A stretch of 64,000 bases of DNA from Opitutales bacterium (GTDB lineage: Bacteria; Verrucomicrobiota; Verrucomicrobiia; Opitutales; PNEW01): contig CBDANS010000007.1 of assembly GCA_965197745.1 (NCBI GenBank), positions 1,152,001 through 1,216,000 on the forward strand, read 5' to 3'. Positions 1 through 10,834 of the stretch are shown here, one piece after another. Numbering within the stretch: the first letter of the stretch is position 1; each line of letters opens with the position of its first letter. A program made the position numbers and the translations under genes. The notes under the pieces were generated by a model, which made no database searches, was not told where the DNA came from, and saw only the letters and a list, made by a program, of their open reading frames with translations.

Positions 1-37
1 TACGCATCATCGCGTTTACGCACTTTCGCGTATCCGC

Positions 38-1825
38 TTATCCCGCCGTATCGGCTAATTTTATATGGAGGTCACTCAGTTGCTTCTGTGTCGCCGAGCT
101 CGGACTTTCGGTCATCAGGCATTGCCCCTTCTGTGTTTTAGGAAATGCGACGACATCACGTATACTGGGACAACCGGCAACAATGGCGACCAGGCGATCA
201 AATCCGATAGCGATTCCCCCATGGGGGGGTGCTCCGTACTGAAAAGCTTTCAACATATAACCAAATCGGTCCTTCACATCCTCAGGTGGGATTTTTAGAA
301 GGTCCTCAAATACTTTCTTTTGCAAATCAGGCTGATGGATACGAATACTTCCCCCACCAAGTTCGACACCATTCAAGACAACATCATAATGCTGTCCTCG
401 GACCGAGCGAGGGTCGGAATCTAATATCGGAATGTCCTCCGGTACCGGCGATGTGAAAGGATGATGGGCTGAGACGTATCGTTTTTCATCCTGGTCGAAT
501 AGCATGAGGGGGAAATCGGTTACCCATAAAAAGTTATATTGATCATCAGGTATGGACAACGCGCCTCTCTTGCCTAAAAGCTGGGCTGAATCGAGGCGAA
601 CACGGCCGAGGATTGCCGAGGCCTGCTCCCAATTTGATGCGGCAAAAAAGATGATATCACCGTCTTCAATATTAAGCCGTTCTTTAAGGATAGATTTTTC
701 CTCATCAGAAAAGAATTTGAGGATAGGAGACTTCCACTCACTTCCCTCTGCCTTGATGAAGGCCAGACCTTTAGCCCCCATGGATTGAGCAGCGGACTCG
801 AGGGCTTTTAATTCGCCCTGAGTAACATCCGCCAGGCCTTTTGCATTGAAAGCTTTTACCATCCCTTCATTTTTTATAGCATTGGAAAAGACCTTAAAAT
901 CAGAGTCTTTAAAGGTGTCCGAAAAATCCTCAATTTTAAGTTCAAAACGCGTGTCGGGTTTGTCCACACCGTACTGGTTCATTGCTTCGTGATAGGACAT
1001 GCGTGGAAATGGTGTGGGGATGTCCACATCAATCACATCCTTCCATACCCGTTTGAACAGCCCCTCTACCAGTTTATACATGTCCTCCCGATCAATGAAG
1101 GACATCTCAATGTCAATTTGCGTGAACTCGGGTTGGCGATCTGCTCTTAAGTCTTCATCGCGAAAACAGCGGGCCATCTGATAGTAGCGTTCAATTCCCG
1201 CTACCATAAGCATCTGTTTGTATTGTTGCGGCGATTGAACAAGCGCGTAAAAATCACCTGGATTCATTCGGCTGGGAACAAGAAACTCACGCGCCCCTTC
1301 GGGGGTGCTTTTAAAAAGTTCAGGTGTTTCGATATGTAAAAAACCATTGTCATCTAAATAATCACGGACCGATTTTGATGCTTTATGGCGTTTCAACAAT
1401 CGGTTGAAGCTCTGCGGGCGACGGAGGTCGAGATAGCGATAGGTCAACCTTAAGTCCTCGTTTACTTTGTCCGCTTTTTCGTCTTCGAGAGGGAATGGGA
1501 GCACCTGCGAAACATTGTGGATGATAAGGGTCTGGGCAAATACCTCAATTTCACCTGTTTTGAGATTCGGATTAACGGTCTCAACTGATCTGGGTTTTAC
1601 ATTTCCCTTTATTTCGATGACTGATTCGGGCTTAAGCTGTTGCAGGGATTCAGGAGATTCAAACAAATCAGGATCAAATACAATTTGCGTGAGTCCTTCA
1701 CGATCACGCAAATCAATAAAGAGTATCCCTCCGTGATCGCGCACCGTAGCAATCCACCCGACGAGGACGACTTCTTTGTCCGCATCGTCTTTTGTAAGTT
1801 CACAACAATGATGAGTCCGTTTCAT
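38..1825 (-). CDS. aspS: Aspartate--tRNA ligase, probably non-discriminating Asp/Asn type
   Basis: 595 aa; N-terminal OB fold RDHGG..FIDLRD, STPEGAREF, QSPQQYKQ, CFRDEDLRADRQPEFTQIDIEMSF, GAPPHGGIAIGFDRL. Confidence 0.97.
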   Translation of the reverse strand: MKRTHHCCELTKDDADKEVVLVGWIATVRDHGGILFIDLRDREGLTQIVFDPDLFESPESLQQLKPESVIEIKGNVKPRSVETVNPNLKTGEIEVFAQTLIIHNVSQVLPFPLEDEKADKVNEDLRLTYRYLDLRRPQSFNRLLKRHKASKSVRDYLDDNGFLHIETPELFKSTPEGAREFLVPSRMNPGDFYALVQSPQQYKQMLMVAGIERYYQMARCFRDEDLRADRQPEFTQIDIEMSFIDREDMYKLVEGLFKRVWKDVIDVDIPTPFPRMSYHEAMNQYGVDKPDTRFELKIEDFSDTFKDSDFKVFSNAIKNEGMVKAFNAKGLADVTQGELKALESAAQSMGAKGLAFIKAEGSEWKSPILKFFSDEEKSILKERLNIEDGDIIFFAASNWEQASAILGRVRLDSAQLLGKRGALSIPDDQYNFLWVTDFPLMLFDQDEKRYVSAHHPFTSPVPEDIPILDSDPRSVRGQHYDVVLNGVELGGGSIRIHQPDLQKKVFEDLLKIPPEDVKDRFGYMLKAFQYGAPPHGGIAIGFDRLVAIVAGCPSIRDVVAFPKTQKGQCLMTESPSSATQKQLSDLHIKLADTAG

Positions 1826-1944
1826 AAAAAATGATAAAAGGGATGACGATGCATTATTCGTATAATTCGCGCAATGAAAATATATACAAAATCTTGAGCC
1901 AGAAATGGTGCTCAGTTACTGCTCATTCCACAACTCTGATTCAA

Positions 1945-4146
1945 TCAAAATCGGGTATCTAACGGCACCGTGAGCACCCCGGCATTACCGGTTTCATCAT
2001 AGGCCTCCAGGAGAAGGCTATGCTTTCCGGGCTTTAGATTACTAAGTTCCAGGTTAAAGCTTTCGCTTTTGGAGTCGAACAGTCCGTCAATCGGTCGAAT
2101 GGATTTATTGAGTTTACCATCGAGTTGATAGTAAAATTCCATCAGAATACTGTGCTTGTCTGACACCTTAAGGTGGAGATGCATTTTCTTTTTCCGCCAT
2201 TCCTTTTTAAGAATGGATATACTGGGTGGAGAATTATCGATAAGAAAATGTTCACTTACAAGAAAACCCTCGAGTTCTTGACCCGCTTCATTATCAGGAG
2301 CATCGCTCGCCACTACTTTCAAATGGTAATTTCCTTCATCGAACCCTTTTGTGTTAATCGTGGCAATGGGTTCTTCCAATTCCTCGACCAGTTTGATCCA
2401 GGAAGCAGTGCCATCTTTTTTAATAAGGAGAGAGAATTCCATCGCGTCGCCATTGGGATCCACCGCTTTCCATCCCACAGATATCAGTCCTTCTTCCCCC
2501 ATTTGTTTCAGTTGCATTCTTGGTTTTCGAGTGGATATAAATTTATTAGGGTCTTTTTCATCCAGCAATTTAACCAGATCTATATTTCTCATTACAGTGG
2601 GTGCTTGAATTAACTCCAGCCCTACGGGAAGAAGGCGGATAGCTTCAAAGTAGGGTGCGGTGTTCCGCGACTGATGGAAGATGCGTATGCTACTTATGGC
2701 GTCAGCATTATGACTGGAATCTGAGTCGGAGCCAAAAGTAATTTCATATTGCAAATACCGTGCATTGGGACTTTTTAACTCCCAGTTTTCTGCGTTCTTA
2801 ATAACATCAATCCAATCGTTCCAGGTGTCATCGGGTTTATCCGTGTTACCGCTTCGTGTTCGAAATGAAGTGGGGGAGACTAGAGGGCTATCCGTCACGG
2901 GCAGGAGATTTCCCCAACGAACAATTTGCTGAGCATCGATTACATCTGAGGTATATACACCGGTACCTGCCACATCAACCTGGAGGCGGTATATTTTTGC
3001 CGGATTGCTGGTAATTGCTAAGACGGATTCATGATGCATGGGATCCGGAATAAGAACGGTCAGTTCACCACCATCGGGCGCTTGTTGTAAAAGAGACCAT
3101 TCATTGCGATTAACAACTGAGTAGAGACGACCTTTATCATTCGTGCCAATCAGCCAATTATTATCAGCGAAGCGTATTAAACTATAGATATTGAAATTAA
3201 GGGTTTCCCAGTAGGGATCAACAAAACCTTCACTATCGATTTTGTAAATTCTGCTCGATCCTTGATCATTGGATTTGGGGGCATTATTCGAATTACTATC
3301 ACTCGAGGATACCTTCACGGAATATGCAGGCAGCGTATTACTGCTATCCGACACCGGTGAAGACTGGGTGTTTTTGCTGTTAACACTGCGATTGAAAGTG
3401 GAAAAAAGAATAGACCCATCGCGGTTTGCAGTGATCGCTTTTATTTCCTGCGACCCTGTATTATAGAGAGCGTAGACTTTATCCTTACCTTCGATGCGAT
3501 AGAGAATCCCTTCCGGGCTGCTCCCTGCAAGTAAGTGGCCATTAGCGTCCCAGTCGAGTTGAGTGAGATGGGTTTGGGGGCAAGTAAACCACACCTCGGC
3601 TTCACTCCCGGATTGCAGATTCGCGGGTAACCGGTAAATCTTTGCCGGGTTGCCCGTGGCGACAAATAGATCACCTTTATCATTAAAAATGAGATCCCAG
3701 ATATACTCTTCTTCAGTATTGAAATATATTTCCGGTAAACCATCGGGCGCTATTCTGAAGATGCGACCTCGTGGGGAGGTGCCGACATAAAGGTTATCCT
3801 GGGGATCTATGGCAATAGCGCGGGTTAGTATTTTTTCCGGACTGAAATAATCGACGCTCTCTCCTTGGGGACTGACTTTAATTACTTTGCCATTATTCCC
3901 GGTGGCCAGATAGAGATGGCCGAGTGAGTCGACAACCGCTGACCATACGATGGGCTCTTGCAGCTCAGCAATTTCCGTAATGGTGGGAGCTAAACGCAGA
4001 GATCCCTGATGCCCAAGTGAGACATTGATAAAATCACCTTCAATAAAATCAGTATAGGTTTCATGGATGACGGACTGTGTGCGCACCCCATAAAGTGAGG
4101 GAAAGATAAATATCCCGATGAATAAGCCGTAATAAAAACGTAACAT
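1945..4146 (-). CDS. Secreted beta-propeller repeat protein with C-terminal beta-sandwich/Ig-like domains
   Basis: 733 aa; signal-peptide-like N-terminus; repeated blades (LYLATGNNGKVIKV, LYVGTSPRGRIFRI, LFVATGNPAKIYRL, LLAGSSPEGILYRI); 7 nt downstream of the S55 peptidase gene. Confidence 0.7.
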   Translation of the reverse strand: MLRFYYGLFIGIFIFPSLYGVRTQSVIHETYTDFIEGDFINVSLGHQGSLRLAPTITEIAELQEPIVWSAVVDSLGHLYLATGNNGKVIKVSPQGESVDYFSPEKILTRAIAIDPQDNLYVGTSPRGRIFRIAPDGLPEIYFNTEEEYIWDLIFNDKGDLFVATGNPAKIYRLPANLQSGSEAEVWFTCPQTHLTQLDWDANGHLLAGSSPEGILYRIEGKDKVYALYNTGSQEIKAITANRDGSILFSTFNRSVNSKNTQSSPVSDSSNTLPAYSVKVSSSDSNSNNAPKSNDQGSSRIYKIDSEGFVDPYWETLNFNIYSLIRFADNNWLIGTNDKGRLYSVVNRNEWSLLQQAPDGGELTVLIPDPMHHESVLAITSNPAKIYRLQVDVAGTGVYTSDVIDAQQIVRWGNLLPVTDSPLVSPTSFRTRSGNTDKPDDTWNDWIDVIKNAENWELKSPNARYLQYEITFGSDSDSSHNADAISSIRIFHQSRNTAPYFEAIRLLPVGLELIQAPTVMRNIDLVKLLDEKDPNKFISTRKPRMQLKQMGEEGLISVGWKAVDPNGDAMEFSLLIKKDGTASWIKLVEELEEPIATINTKGFDEGNYHLKVVASDAPDNEAGQELEGFLVSEHFLIDNSPPSISILKKEWRKKKMHLHLKVSDKHSILMEFYYQLDGKLNKSIRPIDGLFDSKSESFNLELSNLKPGKHSLLLEAYDETGNAGVLTVPLDTRF

Positions 4147-4153
4147 GAATTAT

Positions 4154-5953
4154 TTATTCGAGAGTAATGGGAATAGAATATTGCCCTTCGAATTGACTCG
4201 AAAGAGGGATTTCCGTTTCCCAAAGCGTCGTAGCGGTGAGGGATTGACGGGCAATATTATTTGCCGGTGATGTAAACTGTGCCAGTACTGATGGTGGCAG
4301 GTCGAATAAATTTTCTCCTTCCAATCTCAACCCCTGTGTGTCTTTTAATAATTTGATGTAGATTGCCTCACTGCTTCGACCGGCACGCCATTTATTGATA
4401 ATATCATCAAAAGAGGTGATGTTTCCATCCAATACTTTATCGACGCGTTCAGCCTCGTTGGCATCAGCGATGAGGATAGTCAATTGATCGCCGGAACGTA
4501 GTTTTTCCGGTAGAGGGACCGATACCGGGTGTAAAGTGGATTCACCCTGGTAGTGATAGAGGCTTAAAACCAGATCAATGTTACCTCCTGCTCGCGCCCG
4601 TCTTGATTCGATCCTTACTTCCTTCAAATAACTCAGTTTCCAGTGATCACTGATTTCTATTTCCAGGTCAATACTGCTTACCTTTGGCCTGGCAAAGGGG
4701 TTATCATAAATACGGCTCAGATTTTCCTGAAAATCCATGATTGCCGTGTTCGCGCCCTGGGGTCCCGAAATAACTTCGCGGTATTCAATCGGGTCATAGC
4801 CTTCAATAGCTATACGACCGTCGATTATAAAAGTTTGTACCTCCCCAGATTCCATGGTAGCATGAAGCGATTCCATGAGAGCAATCGAAGCGAGGAGAGG
4901 GGATAGGGTAGGGTGCTCTACAAGACTTCCCGAAAATGAGCGTTTAATTCCGTTAACCGAACGGGTGTAAATGGAGACCGGAGTTAATTGGGGCAGGGGG
5001 CCTACTTTTCCGGCGATACTTGTCAAACGATCCTGGTAAAATGATCCCACGAGGGGCCCCGTATTTGAGAGTTTAAATGACTGGGCCACAGACTGGACAA
5101 CCGTAATGATTTCAGCGGCAGCCATGGGTAAATTTGCTGATCCTGATTTTAGAAAAGGATGACCAAAAGCTAATATGGTGTCGCCGTTGCGGTAAGTAAC
5201 GGTCCCGGTGGCAGCAAAATTAAAATCACCTTTCATGAGGACCGCGGAAACCGGTGATCCGGGTTCAAGGGGAAAATTTGAATCAGGTGAAGCACTTCCC
5301 ATCGGGGCTTGCATCACTTCAAGGCCCAATGATGCTAATTGAGATTTAAATATATTCAAGGTGCGTTGAGAAACCCCGGATACTAAAAGGGGAGTGGGCT
5401 GAGGTTGAAGAAGTGATTCAATTATTTCAGGTGAGACACTCTCATTACCAGTAGTCATTTTCCACCCGCCATTTGATAAGGTGGTGTCAGTGTATTCTTT
5501 CGAAGTAAACACACGTTGTGAAAATGATTGCTTGTCTGATGGCTTTTCTAAGGGATAGTCGTCAATTAATTCGATCATATCTTCGATCGGGGTAACGAGA
5601 ATGATGGCCTGCTCCTTGGGCCAATTATACCCGTAAGCGTATGCGCCTATCAGTTTTCCGTCTACGTAGACGGGGCTTCCACTCATCCCTGCAACCGGGC
5701 CGGTCAACACATTTTGGGTGTCTATGGCCTGGCATATTATTACCGACCTTTGTGGCCCTACAAAATTCTGCGCCACCCCAAGCACTTCGAGACCGAATTC
5801 TTCAATGGTCGTACCCGAAACAACCGTCTTCCACATGCCTTGCATCCCCGGTTTTATTTCGGAAATGGGCATAATCTCGGGTTCGTTAGCGCATATAGTG
5901 GCTAACGAGATAATATAAATTATACATCCACCCAGGAGTTGACGGTAAAACAT
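4154..5953 (-). CDS. Secreted SpoIVB-like peptidase (S55 domain protein)
   Basis: AGMSGSPVYVDGKLIGA serine motif, GTVTY..GD.ILAFGHPF motif, signal-peptide-like N-terminus; ATG 5953 preferred over TTG 5968. Confidence 0.85.
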   Translation of the reverse strand: MFYRQLLGGCIIYIISLATICANEPEIMPISEIKPGMQGMWKTVVSGTTIEEFGLEVLGVAQNFVGPQRSVIICQAIDTQNVLTGPVAGMSGSPVYVDGKLIGAYAYGYNWPKEQAIILVTPIEDMIELIDDYPLEKPSDKQSFSQRVFTSKEYTDTTLSNGGWKMTTGNESVSPEIIESLLQPQPTPLLVSGVSQRTLNIFKSQLASLGLEVMQAPMGSASPDSNFPLEPGSPVSAVLMKGDFNFAATGTVTYRNGDTILAFGHPFLKSGSANLPMAAAEIITVVQSVAQSFKLSNTGPLVGSFYQDRLTSIAGKVGPLPQLTPVSIYTRSVNGIKRSFSGSLVEHPTLSPLLASIALMESLHATMESGEVQTFIIDGRIAIEGYDPIEYREVISGPQGANTAIMDFQENLSRIYDNPFARPKVSSIDLEIEISDHWKLSYLKEVRIESRRARAGGNIDLVLSLYHYQGESTLHPVSVPLPEKLRSGDQLTILIADANEAERVDKVLDGNITSFDDIINKWRAGRSSEAIYIKLLKDTQGLRLEGENLFDLPPSVLAQFTSPANNIARQSLTATTLWETEIPLSSQFEGQYSIPITLE

Positions 5954-6130
5954 GTAAATGAAAGTCAAACGTATTTTAGAATAAGGCTCAAGTTCTTAAG
6001 GCTGTTAATTGGGACTGTCGCGTATGCGCTTCGTTCCCATTCAAAGCCGCTGCCCTATTACCTGTAATATTGAATTCGGGAAATGGATATAATGATACAG
6101 CTGATAATTTAAGCGAAGAATGATCAGGGT

Positions 6131-6880
6131 TCAGTTTTTCACTTTGCCCTGGTTGGCGACCGATTGCATCGCATTTTCCACTTCCTTTGGATCGCCGAGG
6201 TAGAAATGACGTGTCGGTTTTAAATCATCACCCAATTCATAAACGAGGGGTATGCCTGTGGGTATGTTGAGTTTTACGATTTCATCATCGGAAACTCCAT
6301 CGAGGTATTTTACAAGGGCGCGCAAGGTATTGCCGTGTGCGGCGATAATAACTTTTTTACCCGCTCTTACGGCAGGGGCAATGTTCTCGTGCCATAAAGG
6401 CATGAATCTTTCTACCGTATCCTTAAGACATTCTGTTACTGGCAATTCCTTTTCCGTGAGATCAGCATAACGTGGATCATTCCCGGGGTAGCGATCGTCT
6501 TTTTTTTCAAGGGGGGGAGGGGGGGTATCATAACTTCGGCGCCACACCAGGACCTGGTCCTCTCCATATTTTTCCGCGGTCTGTGCTTTGTTTAATCCTT
6601 GCAGTGCGCCGTAGTGACGTTCGTTGAGTCGCCAGGAGCGAATTACCGGTATCCACATCTGATCCATAACATCCAAGACCAACCATAACGTACGGATCGC
6701 TCTCTTGAGAACTGAAGTATAGGCGAGGTCGAATTCATACCCCTCTTCCTTAAGAACCTGTCCTCCCTTTTGCGCTTCTATGACCCCCTGCTCAGATAAA
6801 TCGACATCCGTCCATCCACTGAACAGATTTTCCTTATTCCAGATGCTTTCACCGTGTCGCAACAATACCAGTTTGCTCAT
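6131..6880 (-). CDS. gpmA: 2,3-bisphosphoglycerate-dependent phosphoglycerate mutase
   Basis: [40 protein letters not shown]; start trimmed to ATG 6880. Confidence 0.97.
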   Translation of the reverse strand: MSKLVLLRHGESIWNKENLFSGWTDVDLSEQGVIEAQKGGQVLKEEGYEFDLAYTSVLKRAIRTLWLVLDVMDQMWIPVIRSWRLNERHYGALQGLNKAQTAEKYGEDQVLVWRRSYDTPPPPLEKKDDRYPGNDPRYADLTEKELPVTECLKDTVERFMPLWHENIAPAVRAGKKVIIAAHGNTLRALVKYLDGVSDDEIVKLNIPTGIPLVYELGDDLKPTRHFYLGDPKEVENAMQSVANQGKVKN

Positions 6881-6896
6881 TACTAGATCTCGATTA

Positions 6897-7931
6897 TTAA
6901 TGTATGCCTTTAACAAAACTCAGCGAAGTTACTAACAGGTAAACGCCAACGAGTATAAAACCGAAAGGTCGTTTTAATTTATCTCCGGAAACAGTAATCC
7001 CAATACGAAATATAATAAGAATAAAAAGCATCGCGGGAAAGAGGAAATAAAAAAAATTGGGCGGGGAAGAAAGACCACCGGAAGTTACCGAAGCGGCGGA
7101 ACCGGCGACAAATAGGACATTCAAGATATCAGCTCCAATAATATTTCCCACCGCCAATTCACCATGTCCCATTCTTGCCGCCGTGATCGCAATTATTAAT
7201 TCAGGTAGTGACGTGCCAAATGCGACCAGGGTTGCGGCGATGACACTATCAGGAACATGCAGACGTATCGCGGTTTCTTCAACTGCAGGAATGAGAATGC
7301 GCGATGAGATTATGACGATGATCAAAGAAAAGATCAATTTTGAAAAGTTGATCAGGACTCTGGCTTCACGCCCCCTATTCAAGGGATCATCAATACCAAT
7401 ACTCGACTTATCCTCCTTTGCCCAGCGGAGTGATAGCCACATATAAACAATAAGCAGGGCGATAAATATGAATCCCATATATTGAGGAAGTGAACCGCCC
7501 TCTGTGAACGTTTTATTCAGTGTCAAATAAGGCAAGCAGGCCATGACCAGAAGGATACCCGATCCCAATTGAATCCAACCCTGGCGATTGACTATTTTTT
7601 TATTAAGGGGAAGGGGTGAGATAATTGTCGCTAAACCTAGAATCAAACCGGTGTCGCATATAATCGATCCAACCGCGTTGCCCAGGGCGAGTCCCGGATT
7701 TCCGGTAATGGCGGCAAAGACGGAAACGGATGCTTCAGGTAAAGTGGTGCCGATGCTTACAATCGTTGCGCCAATCAGCAGCTTGGGCACCCCCCAATGA
7801 AGAGAGAGAGAAACAGCTTCATTGGTGAGAATTTCGGCTCCCTTGGACAAGGTATAGATGAAAAATGCGATGATACAGAGAAGGATGACCATATGCTGCG
7901 CGGCCATTATTTCCTGTAAGAATGTTTCCAT
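6897..7931 (-). CDS. Ca2+/Na+ antiporter, CaCA (YrbG-like) family
   Basis: Two alpha repeats GTTLPE..GNAVGS and GTSLPE..GNIIGA; about 10 TM segments. Confidence 0.9.
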   Translation of the reverse strand: METFLQEIMAAQHMVILLCIIAFFIYTLSKGAEILTNEAVSLSLHWGVPKLLIGATIVSIGTTLPEASVSVFAAITGNPGLALGNAVGSIICDTGLILGLATIISPLPLNKKIVNRQGWIQLGSGILLVMACLPYLTLNKTFTEGGSLPQYMGFIFIALLIVYMWLSLRWAKEDKSSIGIDDPLNRGREARVLINFSKLIFSLIIVIISSRILIPAVEETAIRLHVPDSVIAATLVAFGTSLPELIIAITAARMGHGELAVGNIIGADILNVLFVAGSAASVTSGGLSSPPNFFYFLFPAMLFILIIFRIGITVSGDKLKRPFGFILVGVYLLVTSLSFVKGIH

Positions 7932-8101
7932 TATTTGCTTATAAAGTTTAGGGATTAAATAAATTTTACAGCTGCATACCTGCGCTGCGTAAAAAAATCA
8001 AAAATAAAATTCAATGAGATGAGTAGGGCTGAGTGGCCTGATAATATTATCTTTACCTTCTCCGGTCCGGATAGAATAATTGATATACAGTAATTTCTTT
8101 C

Positions 8102-8932
8102 ATGGTGAATATAGCAAGCGAATTAGAGGGTGAGGTTGAAAATGCGCAAGGTTGTGTGCGTGATCAAGGATGGTATGTGCTTGAGGGTGTGATACCGGAA
8201 GCGGAGTGCGAGAGAATACGAAAGGGTATATACGAGGTGGCAAGGGCTAATCGCAAAGATTATGCTCCGGATGGATTGACCTTTCTTCCCGCGTTCATAA
8301 ATCATAACCAATCTTTCGCCAAGTACCTAGCGGATCCAAAATTCTTAGCCATTATTGAAGGATTAATTGGGCCTCACACGCGTGTTTCTTATACTTCGGC
8401 AATTATTAATGAACCCGGTATTGCCCGTGGTTCCTGGCATGCTGACTGGCCGTTCAACGCACAAAGGGCCGGTCATATACCCAGTCCTTACCCCTTGGAT
8501 GTAATATTTCATTTAACTACCCTGTGGATGATATCCCCCTTTACGGTTGAAAATGGAGGGACTCTGTATCTCCCCGGCAGTCATAAAAAACCCACTAACC
8601 CGACATGTGATCCTGAAAAAAATTGGATCGAAGCTATTGATGGTGAAAAGAACGCGATGGGACCCGCGGGGAGCGTATTGATTATAGACAGTCGTACCTG
8701 GCATGCTACGGCGAAAAATCTTTCTGATGACCCAAGAGTTGCGCTGGCCATACGTTACGCGCCCTGGTGGTTAAATCTGGATATTCTCATGCCCGGGTCG
8801 GAAGAACGTAAAATGATGGCGGATGAACCTGGAATACGCGAAAATGAAGTGCCCCGGTTAAAAAATGAAGTATACGAGGTTTTACCCGAAGCGACCAAAC
8901 GGCTCTTTCGTCATTGGTTGCACGCCCGGTAA
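8102..8932 (+). CDS. Phytanoyl-CoA dioxygenase (PhyH) family Fe(II)/2-oxoglutarate oxygenase
   Basis: WHADW (HxD), NGGT..LPGSH, distal WHA and R motif. Confidence 0.85.
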   Translation: MVNIASELEGEVENAQGCVRDQGWYVLEGVIPEAECERIRKGIYEVARANRKDYAPDGLTFLPAFINHNQSFAKYLADPKFLAIIEGLIGPHTRVSYTSAIINEPGIARGSWHADWPFNAQRAGHIPSPYPLDVIFHLTTLWMISPFTVENGGTLYLPGSHKKPTNPTCDPEKNWIEAIDGEKNAMGPAGSVLIIDSRTWHATAKNLSDDPRVALAIRYAPWWLNLDILMPGSEERKMMADEPGIRENEVPRLKNEVYEVLPEATKRLFRHWLHAR

Positions 8933-9003
8933 TATTTCTGAAGGTAGAGGAAGACAGGGCTTTAGTAATTGAAAATAATGCTCACTGCATACAATATTTC
9001 TCT

Positions 9004-9801
9004 ATGAGTGATTTCGATTTAAGTTATGATTACAATTTAGGCTACGACTACTTCAATTCATTTGTCCAGTGGTCGAGTCCCGCTTCTGACCATACACCAC
9101 GCTGTGCCCTGCATGCCAGTTGTAAAATCCGCGGTAAAGGGGAAGAATTCAGGGAATATTTTTTAACCCATCCGTGTGGGGGTGAAAAAATGTATGTAGA
9201 CAAAGATTTTTTTCATCAGCCGACCCTGGAATTTCATGTTGTCCTTTCGGGTGAAGATAATGATCAGTTTATGTTTGTTAAACATTTTGAAGACGCGCCC
9301 GGTTTCGAAAGGATGGTATATCGTGTAGGAGAAAAAGTGAGTACTCATGACGGAAAGGGATCCACAATCACGAGTATGGAAAACAACCTGCGCTATTTTG
9401 TCGAAGTAGCAGAGATGACTACTTATCAGGATGTCCATGACGCCATGGTTGGAAATAAACCCATTCTTGGAAGAACGCGTTATCTCGCGTCACGAGATGG
9501 CAAAGAGATTGAAGTGGTGGCTGAGTACCCGGTTACGGTTATGAATGCCCGCCACGAACATGATACCTGGCAGGTTGATACGGGACCTATGCTCCTCCCT
9601 GATTTTTCTCTCGAACACGAACTCGAAGTTGGGCTATTCCGCCAGGCTTATGTCGTTTATAATCGGTGGGATTATGCGGAATATGCGATGCGATTACCTG
9701 TAATCTTAGAAGGAGTAAACTTTCCGGTGCTTCATTACACGAATTGCGGAGCACTGGGAAAAGAGGTGCACAATCAGTTGTACGTAGTTAAAGTTATATA
9801 A
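9004..9801 (+). CDS. Hypothetical cytoplasmic protein
   Basis: Long ORF with protein-like composition, same strand as the PhyH gene; ATG 9004 chosen to avoid overlap. Confidence 0.6.
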   Translation: MSDFDLSYDYNLGYDYFNSFVQWSSPASDHTPRCALHASCKIRGKGEEFREYFLTHPCGGEKMYVDKDFFHQPTLEFHVVLSGEDNDQFMFVKHFEDAPGFERMVYRVGEKVSTHDGKGSTITSMENNLRYFVEVAEMTTYQDVHDAMVGNKPILGRTRYLASRDGKEIEVVAEYPVTVMNARHEHDTWQVDTGPMLLPDFSLEHELEVGLFRQAYVVYNRWDYAEYAMRLPVILEGVNFPVLHYTNCGALGKEVHNQLYVVKVI

Positions 9802-9808
9802 TATTGGG

Positions 9809-10315
9809 TTAAACGTATAGCTTCAAATCTTTCACGATTAATGCGGCAATCTTTTCCGGCCTTGCTGTAATCTCCATTACCATTGCATTTTGCGGTTCCT
9901 CTATTGTCGCAAACTGACTTTCCAGTAACGATGGCTTCATGTAATGCCCTTTTCTTTTTCCCAGGCGTTCTTTAATCATTGCATACGATCCTTTGAGGTA
10001 GACATATTTTATCCGCGAATCGTTGCATTGTAAAATCTCACGGTATTGCTTTTTTAAAGCGGAACACGCAAATACACTGTAACCCCGCAACTTGAGCTGT
10101 TTTTCGATGAGTTTTCTCATCTTCTTCAGCCACACTTCCCGATCGCTATCGTTTAGCGGAATGCTTCGGCTCATTTTTTCTATGTTAGAAGCGGGATTAA
10201 AATCGTCTCCATCAAAAAATAGCCCTCTGATTTTATCGGCCAGAATTTCACCTACCCTGGTCTTACCGCAGCCGCTGACTCCCATCAGAATGATGACTTT
10301 TATCCCCTCCGGCAT
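9809..10315 (-). CDS. Gluconokinase (GntK/IdnK family)
   Basis: MGVSGCGKT P-loop, DGDDF.P..NIEKM, PLND.DR..WL, ACSALKK.YR, HYM..SLLESQFATIEEP. Confidence 0.92.
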   Translation of the reverse strand: MPEGIKVIILMGVSGCGKTRVGEILADKIRGLFFDGDDFNPASNIEKMSRSIPLNDSDREVWLKKMRKLIEKQLKLRGYSVFACSALKKQYREILQCNDSRIKYVYLKGSYAMIKERLGKRKGHYMKPSLLESQFATIEEPQNAMVMEITARPEKIAALIVKDLKLYV

Positions 10316-10356
10316 AAATGAATGAATAAAAAGTGATCTAAAATAAACGAGGCATC

Positions 10357-10384
10357 AATCTGAAATCCGAATTCGGCAATCCGA
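10357..10384. repeat. Short heptamer array (AATCCGA-like, 4 units)
   Basis: aatctga aatccga attcggc aatccga. Confidence 0.4.
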
Positions 10385-10447
10385 AAACGAATATTCCATA
10401 GACTCACTTAAAACTTACAGCTAATTGCGTATGGCTTGTCGTTAATC

Positions 10448-10678
10448 TTAAGCCTTTGTGACTTTACCGGCTTTTAGCGCTTTCGCCGACACCCACATTT
10501 TTTTCACAGCGCCATTGGGCAATAAGACTTTTATTTTCTGCACATTGGGACGAAAAGTCCGTTTTACGATCTTCGTAATATTTGTCCCAATGCCGCCGCT
10601 TTTCTTGGCAATACCCTTACGATGAGTATGCCTTCCACGAACAGGTCGTTTCCCGGTGATTGCACAAATTCTAGCCAT
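10448..10678 (-). CDS. rpmB: 50S ribosomal protein L28
   Basis: MARICAITGK..., KRTFRPNVQK, VSAKALK. Confidence 0.95.
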   Translation of the reverse strand: MARICAITGKRPVRGRHTHRKGIAKKSGGIGTNITKIVKRTFRPNVQKIKVLLPNGAVKKMWVSAKALKAGKVTKA

Positions 10679-10834
10679 TGCAATATCTCTTATTTTGCGA
10701 AGAAAGGGGAAAGTAGCCTTTACCTGTAAGAAAGCAAGAAAATTAGTTAGCGGTTCATTTTATTCTATCTTTCATTTTCCTGTTTACTCTGTATACGATA
10801 GATTCAAAACATTTTAAAATAATGAGAATATATC

